Below are positions 29,464-32,000 of a stretch of 32,000 nt of DNA, piece after piece. Both the position numbers and the translations under genes were made by a program. Each line of letters opens with the position of its first letter. Position 1 is the stretch's first letter. Source of the stretch: a cyanobacterium endosymbiont of Epithemia turgida isolate EtSB Lake Yunoko (GTDB taxonomy: Bacteria > Cyanobacteriota > Cyanobacteriia > Cyanobacteriales > Microcystaceae). The stretch covers positions 1,410,001-1,442,000 of the forward strand of contig NZ_AP012549.1 in NCBI RefSeq assembly GCF_000829235.1, written 5' to 3'. The notes beneath the pieces are model-generated. The model saw only the letters and a list, made by a program, of their open reading frames with translations, searched no databases and was not told the origin of the DNA.

Positions 29464-29967
29464 TTATGCCAAATTAGGCGGAATCTTTTGAGATTTTAAG
29501 AAAAGATTAGGTGTCACTTGTTGAAGTTGTTTTTGAATCATGTTTTCTATGTCTTCTCGCTGTATTTCAATCCCTTGTGTTTTATTATTTTGGTTATCCA
29601 TAAGAATAATGCTATCAACTTGGCGAATAGCAAACATCTGAAAGAAAAGATGAGTTATGGGTAAAGAAACAATATCAATAGGAGGATTAACACTACTGGA
29701 ATCTACGGTATCTTGAAAATTGCGGGCGTCCTGACGGTTAACAAAACCATAAACTACTCGCTTCGTTATTTGGGGTTGTTTGCGGTTATTAAGGGTCGTA
29801 ATGATCCAATGACGATCACTAGTATGTAAAACAAAATAGTCTGTCTGTTTGTGTTGAATAGCAAAGAATTTGAGTACTGGGTTGACGGCTTGTTCCATAA
29901 TCTTTACAGACACGCCATATCCAGGAGCGTCATTGGCAAGAATTTTGAGTTGTTTCTCTATATTCAT
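29464..29967 (-). CDS. Hypothetical protein (167 aa), family not recognised
   Basis: Composition is coding-like and the ORF is uninterrupted. It runs divergent from accC. I recognise no motif. Confidence 0.65.
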   Translation of the reverse strand: MNIEKQLKILANDAPGYGVSVKIMEQAVNPVLKFFAIQHKQTDYFVLHTSDRHWIITTLNNRKQPQITKRVVYGFVNRQDARNFQDTVDSSSVNPPIDIVSLPITHLFFQMFAIRQVDSIILMDNQNNKTQGIEIQREDIENMIQKQLQQVTPNLFLKSQKIPPNLA

Positions 29968-30053
29968 GAAAATTACCTAAATTTTAGTCATAGTCTACTC
30001 TCAAGTCCTGACTTTTGGTTTCTTTGGTGTTTTCCGTTTTGTGGCCTTGACAA

Positions 30054-30082
30054 TTGACTGAAATCTATTCACTGAGTATAGG
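30054..30082 (+). promoter_or_regulatory. Candidate sigma70-type promoter upstream of accC
   Basis: TTGACT (30054-30059), a 17-nt spacer, then TATAGG (30077-30082). A second TTGACA sits at 30047-30052. This is a pattern match only. Confidence 0.3.
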
Positions 30083-30282
30083 TAAGACAAAGAGGATTAT
30101 GTTCTTATTTTAAGAATTAATAACTTTCTTTATCAAACGTTAGTGATAGCCAAAAGGGGTCAATTGATTTAAGACACAACATGTGGCACACACTAGCTAG
30201 TTGTATGGTTGAGTGAAATTAGCGCACAAAACCAGATATTCTACTAAGTATGACTGTTTCATATTCATGCACTAGTTCAACG

Positions 30283-31632
30283 ATGCAACTTTCTAAAATC
30301 TTAATTGCAAATCGCGGAGAGATCGCCTTACGAATTTTACACAGTTGTGAGGAACTAGGAATCGCCACGGTTGCTGTTCATTCCACTATAGACCGCCAGG
30401 CACTTCACGTCCAACTTGCAGATGAAAGTGTTTGTATCGGTCCGCCATCGAGTAGCAAAAGCTATCTCAACATTCCTAATATTATTGCTGCTGCTCTCAC
30501 GCGCAATGCCACTGCAATTCATCCAGGGTATGGTTTTTTAGCAGAAAATGCTAAATTTGCTGAAATTTGTGCAGATCATAAAATAAAGTTTATCGGACCA
30601 AGTCCTGAAGCTATCCGATCAATGGGAGATAAATCTACCGCAAAAAAAACTATGCAGAAGGCAGGAGTTCCCACGATTCCTGGGAGTTGGGGAGTGATTG
30701 ACACGGAGCAAGAAGCCTTAGCTATCGCCCGTGATATTGGTTATCCTGTCATCATAAAAGCCACTGCTGGAGGCGGGGGACGGGGAATGCGCTTAGTTCG
30801 GGAAGATAAAGAATTTTCTCGTGCTTTCCAAGGGGCTAAGGGAGAAGCTGAGGCAGCATTTGGCAATGGAGGAGTATACATAGAAAAATTGATTGAACAA
30901 CCCCGTCACATTGAATTTCAAATCCTGGCTGATAGTTATGGCAATGTGGTTCACTTGGGAGAAAGAGATTGTTCTATCCAGCGTCGTCATCAAAAACTAC
31001 TTGAAGAAGCTCCTAGTTCTTTTCTTAATTTTCAATTACGTACAAAAATGGGAAAAGTAGCTGTTAAAGTAGCAAAATGTATTAATTATATAGGGGCGGG
31101 AACGGTAGAATTCTTGGTGGATAAGCAGGGAAATTTTTACTTTATGGAGATGAACACCCGCATTCAGGTAGAACACCCTGTGACGGAAATGATCTCTGGG
31201 TTGGATTTAATTGCTGAACAAATTCGTATTTCCCAAGGGGAAAAACTCCGCTTTTCCCAAAATCAAATCAAATTTCAAGGTCACGCAATCGAGTGTCGTA
31301 TCAATGCTGAAGATCCTGACTGTAATTTTCGTCCTCATCCCGGTAAAATTAGTGCATATCTTCCTCCCGGAGGTCCTGGAGTACGGATGGATTCTCATGT
31401 TTATACAGATTATGAAATTTCTCCCTATTATGACTCTTTAATTGGTAAATTGATTGTCTGGGCTCCTGATAGGGAAATGGCAATTAAACGCATGAAACGG
31501 GCTTTAAAAGAATGTGCGATTACAGGAATTCCTACCACTATTCATTTTCATCAACGAATTTTAGAAACTTCCGCTTTTTTAGCTGGTGAAGTATACACTA
31601 ATTTTGTTGAGGAACATTTGCTAAACAAGTAA
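30283..31632 (+). CDS. accC: Acetyl-CoA carboxylase, biotin carboxylase subunit
   Basis: '[14 protein letters not shown]', the ATP-grasp region '[18 protein letters not shown]', '[14 protein letters not shown]'. The ATG at 30283 ('[13 protein letters not shown]') fits the family N-terminus better than the ORF track start at 30250. Confidence 0.96.
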   Translation: MQLSKILIANRGEIALRILHSCEELGIATVAVHSTIDRQALHVQLADESVCIGPPSSSKSYLNIPNIIAAALTRNATAIHPGYGFLAENAKFAEICADHKIKFIGPSPEAIRSMGDKSTAKKTMQKAGVPTIPGSWGVIDTEQEALAIARDIGYPVIIKATAGGGGRGMRLVREDKEFSRAFQGAKGEAEAAFGNGGVYIEKLIEQPRHIEFQILADSYGNVVHLGERDCSIQRRHQKLLEEAPSSFLNFQLRTKMGKVAVKVAKCINYIGAGTVEFLVDKQGNFYFMEMNTRIQVEHPVTEMISGLDLIAEQIRISQGEKLRFSQNQIKFQGHAIECRINAEDPDCNFRPHPGKISAYLPPGGPGVRMDSHVYTDYEISPYYDSLIGKLIVWAPDREMAIKRMKRALKECAITGIPTTIHFHQRILETSAFLAGEVYTNFVEEHLLNK

Positions 31633-31900
31633 ACTACCAAAAGTAAAGTTTACTGTTGAAATAACTAATATAATTTTAATTATGCTTGATTTGTTAGTTT
31701 CAATAAAATATTGAATAATATTTTTTAGTACTTGCTAGTAAATTCAAATACACTATAAATATTTAAATAAGAATTAATTATTAAAATAATTAATTCTTTA
31801 AGGGCAGAACGTTATTTTTAAAAAATTATGTATAAATCTTAGTTAAATAATTAGCTCTTCTGTTTAGATTAAATCTATTTTTGACGGATTTCACACTGTG

Positions 31901-32000
31901 ATGGATCATAAAGAATATTGTAATGTCAAACTTTTAACAAAACTTGTTGTAGAAATACTAAGTAATTTTGCTCCTGAAGAAAAAGCTATGAATAAAATAA
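31901..32000 (+). CDS. Possible 5' end of an ORF running off the window
   Basis: The frame is open from the ATG at 31901 ('MDHKEYCNVKLLTKLVVEILSNFAPEEKAMNKI') to the window end. It is AT-rich and too short to judge. Confidence 0.2.
   Translation, partial: MDHKEYCNVKLLTKLVVEILSNFAPEEKAMNKI

Noticed and set aside
29851-30057. 68-aa plus-strand ORF
   Set aside because: It overlaps the 5' end of the minus-strand 167-aa CDS and the divergent promoter region, and has no supporting signal.
30793-31441. ORFs 30793..30993 (-), 31207..31398 (-) and 31211..31441 (+)
   Set aside because: They are out-of-frame or antisense shadows inside accC.
1-32000. Search for tRNA/rRNA genes, IS elements, integrases, group II intron domain V, and toxin-antitoxin or defence gene clusters
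   Set aside because: I saw no T-loop/acceptor-type tRNA signatures, no transposase- or integrase-like ORFs, and no intron domain V consensus. All ORFs of 60 or more codons are accounted for as housekeeping genes, conserved hypotheticals, shadows or relics.

Overview
The window looks like a chromosomal segment of a low-GC cyanobacterium. Supporting genes are carA, purE, accC, nagA, a lexA preceded by a cyanobacterial-type LexA box, a DnaJ-class chaperone, DUF1823-like and DUF4335-like proteins, and a decayed allophycocyanin-beta gene. Intact genes cover only about half of the 32 kb. They are separated by AT-rich spacers of 1 to 2.3 kb, which resembles what I recall of Trichodesmium-type genomes; I cannot verify that here. 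I found no rRNA or tRNA genes, no CRISPR array, no transposase or integrase, and no multi-gene defence or biosynthetic cluster. I therefore cannot support a claim of a novel protein-coding system. The unusual content is in the non-coding space and in gene decay. There are two recognisable pseudogenes, an orphan apcB-like relic that has lost its bilin-binding Cys and a cbiX relic. There are two perfect tandem-repeat arrays (46 bp x5 and 16 bp x4.5), each carrying promoter-like hexamers. There are several long perfect inverted repeats, including a 56-bp perfect palindrome. An orphan intrinsic terminator suggests an unannotated transcript. A 42-nt homopurine/homopyrimidine tract abuts the start codon of a GTPase gene. 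The LexA has Val-Gly where Ala-Gly is the canonical cleavage site. Functional readings of the non-coding elements are inference and need transcriptome or comparative data.
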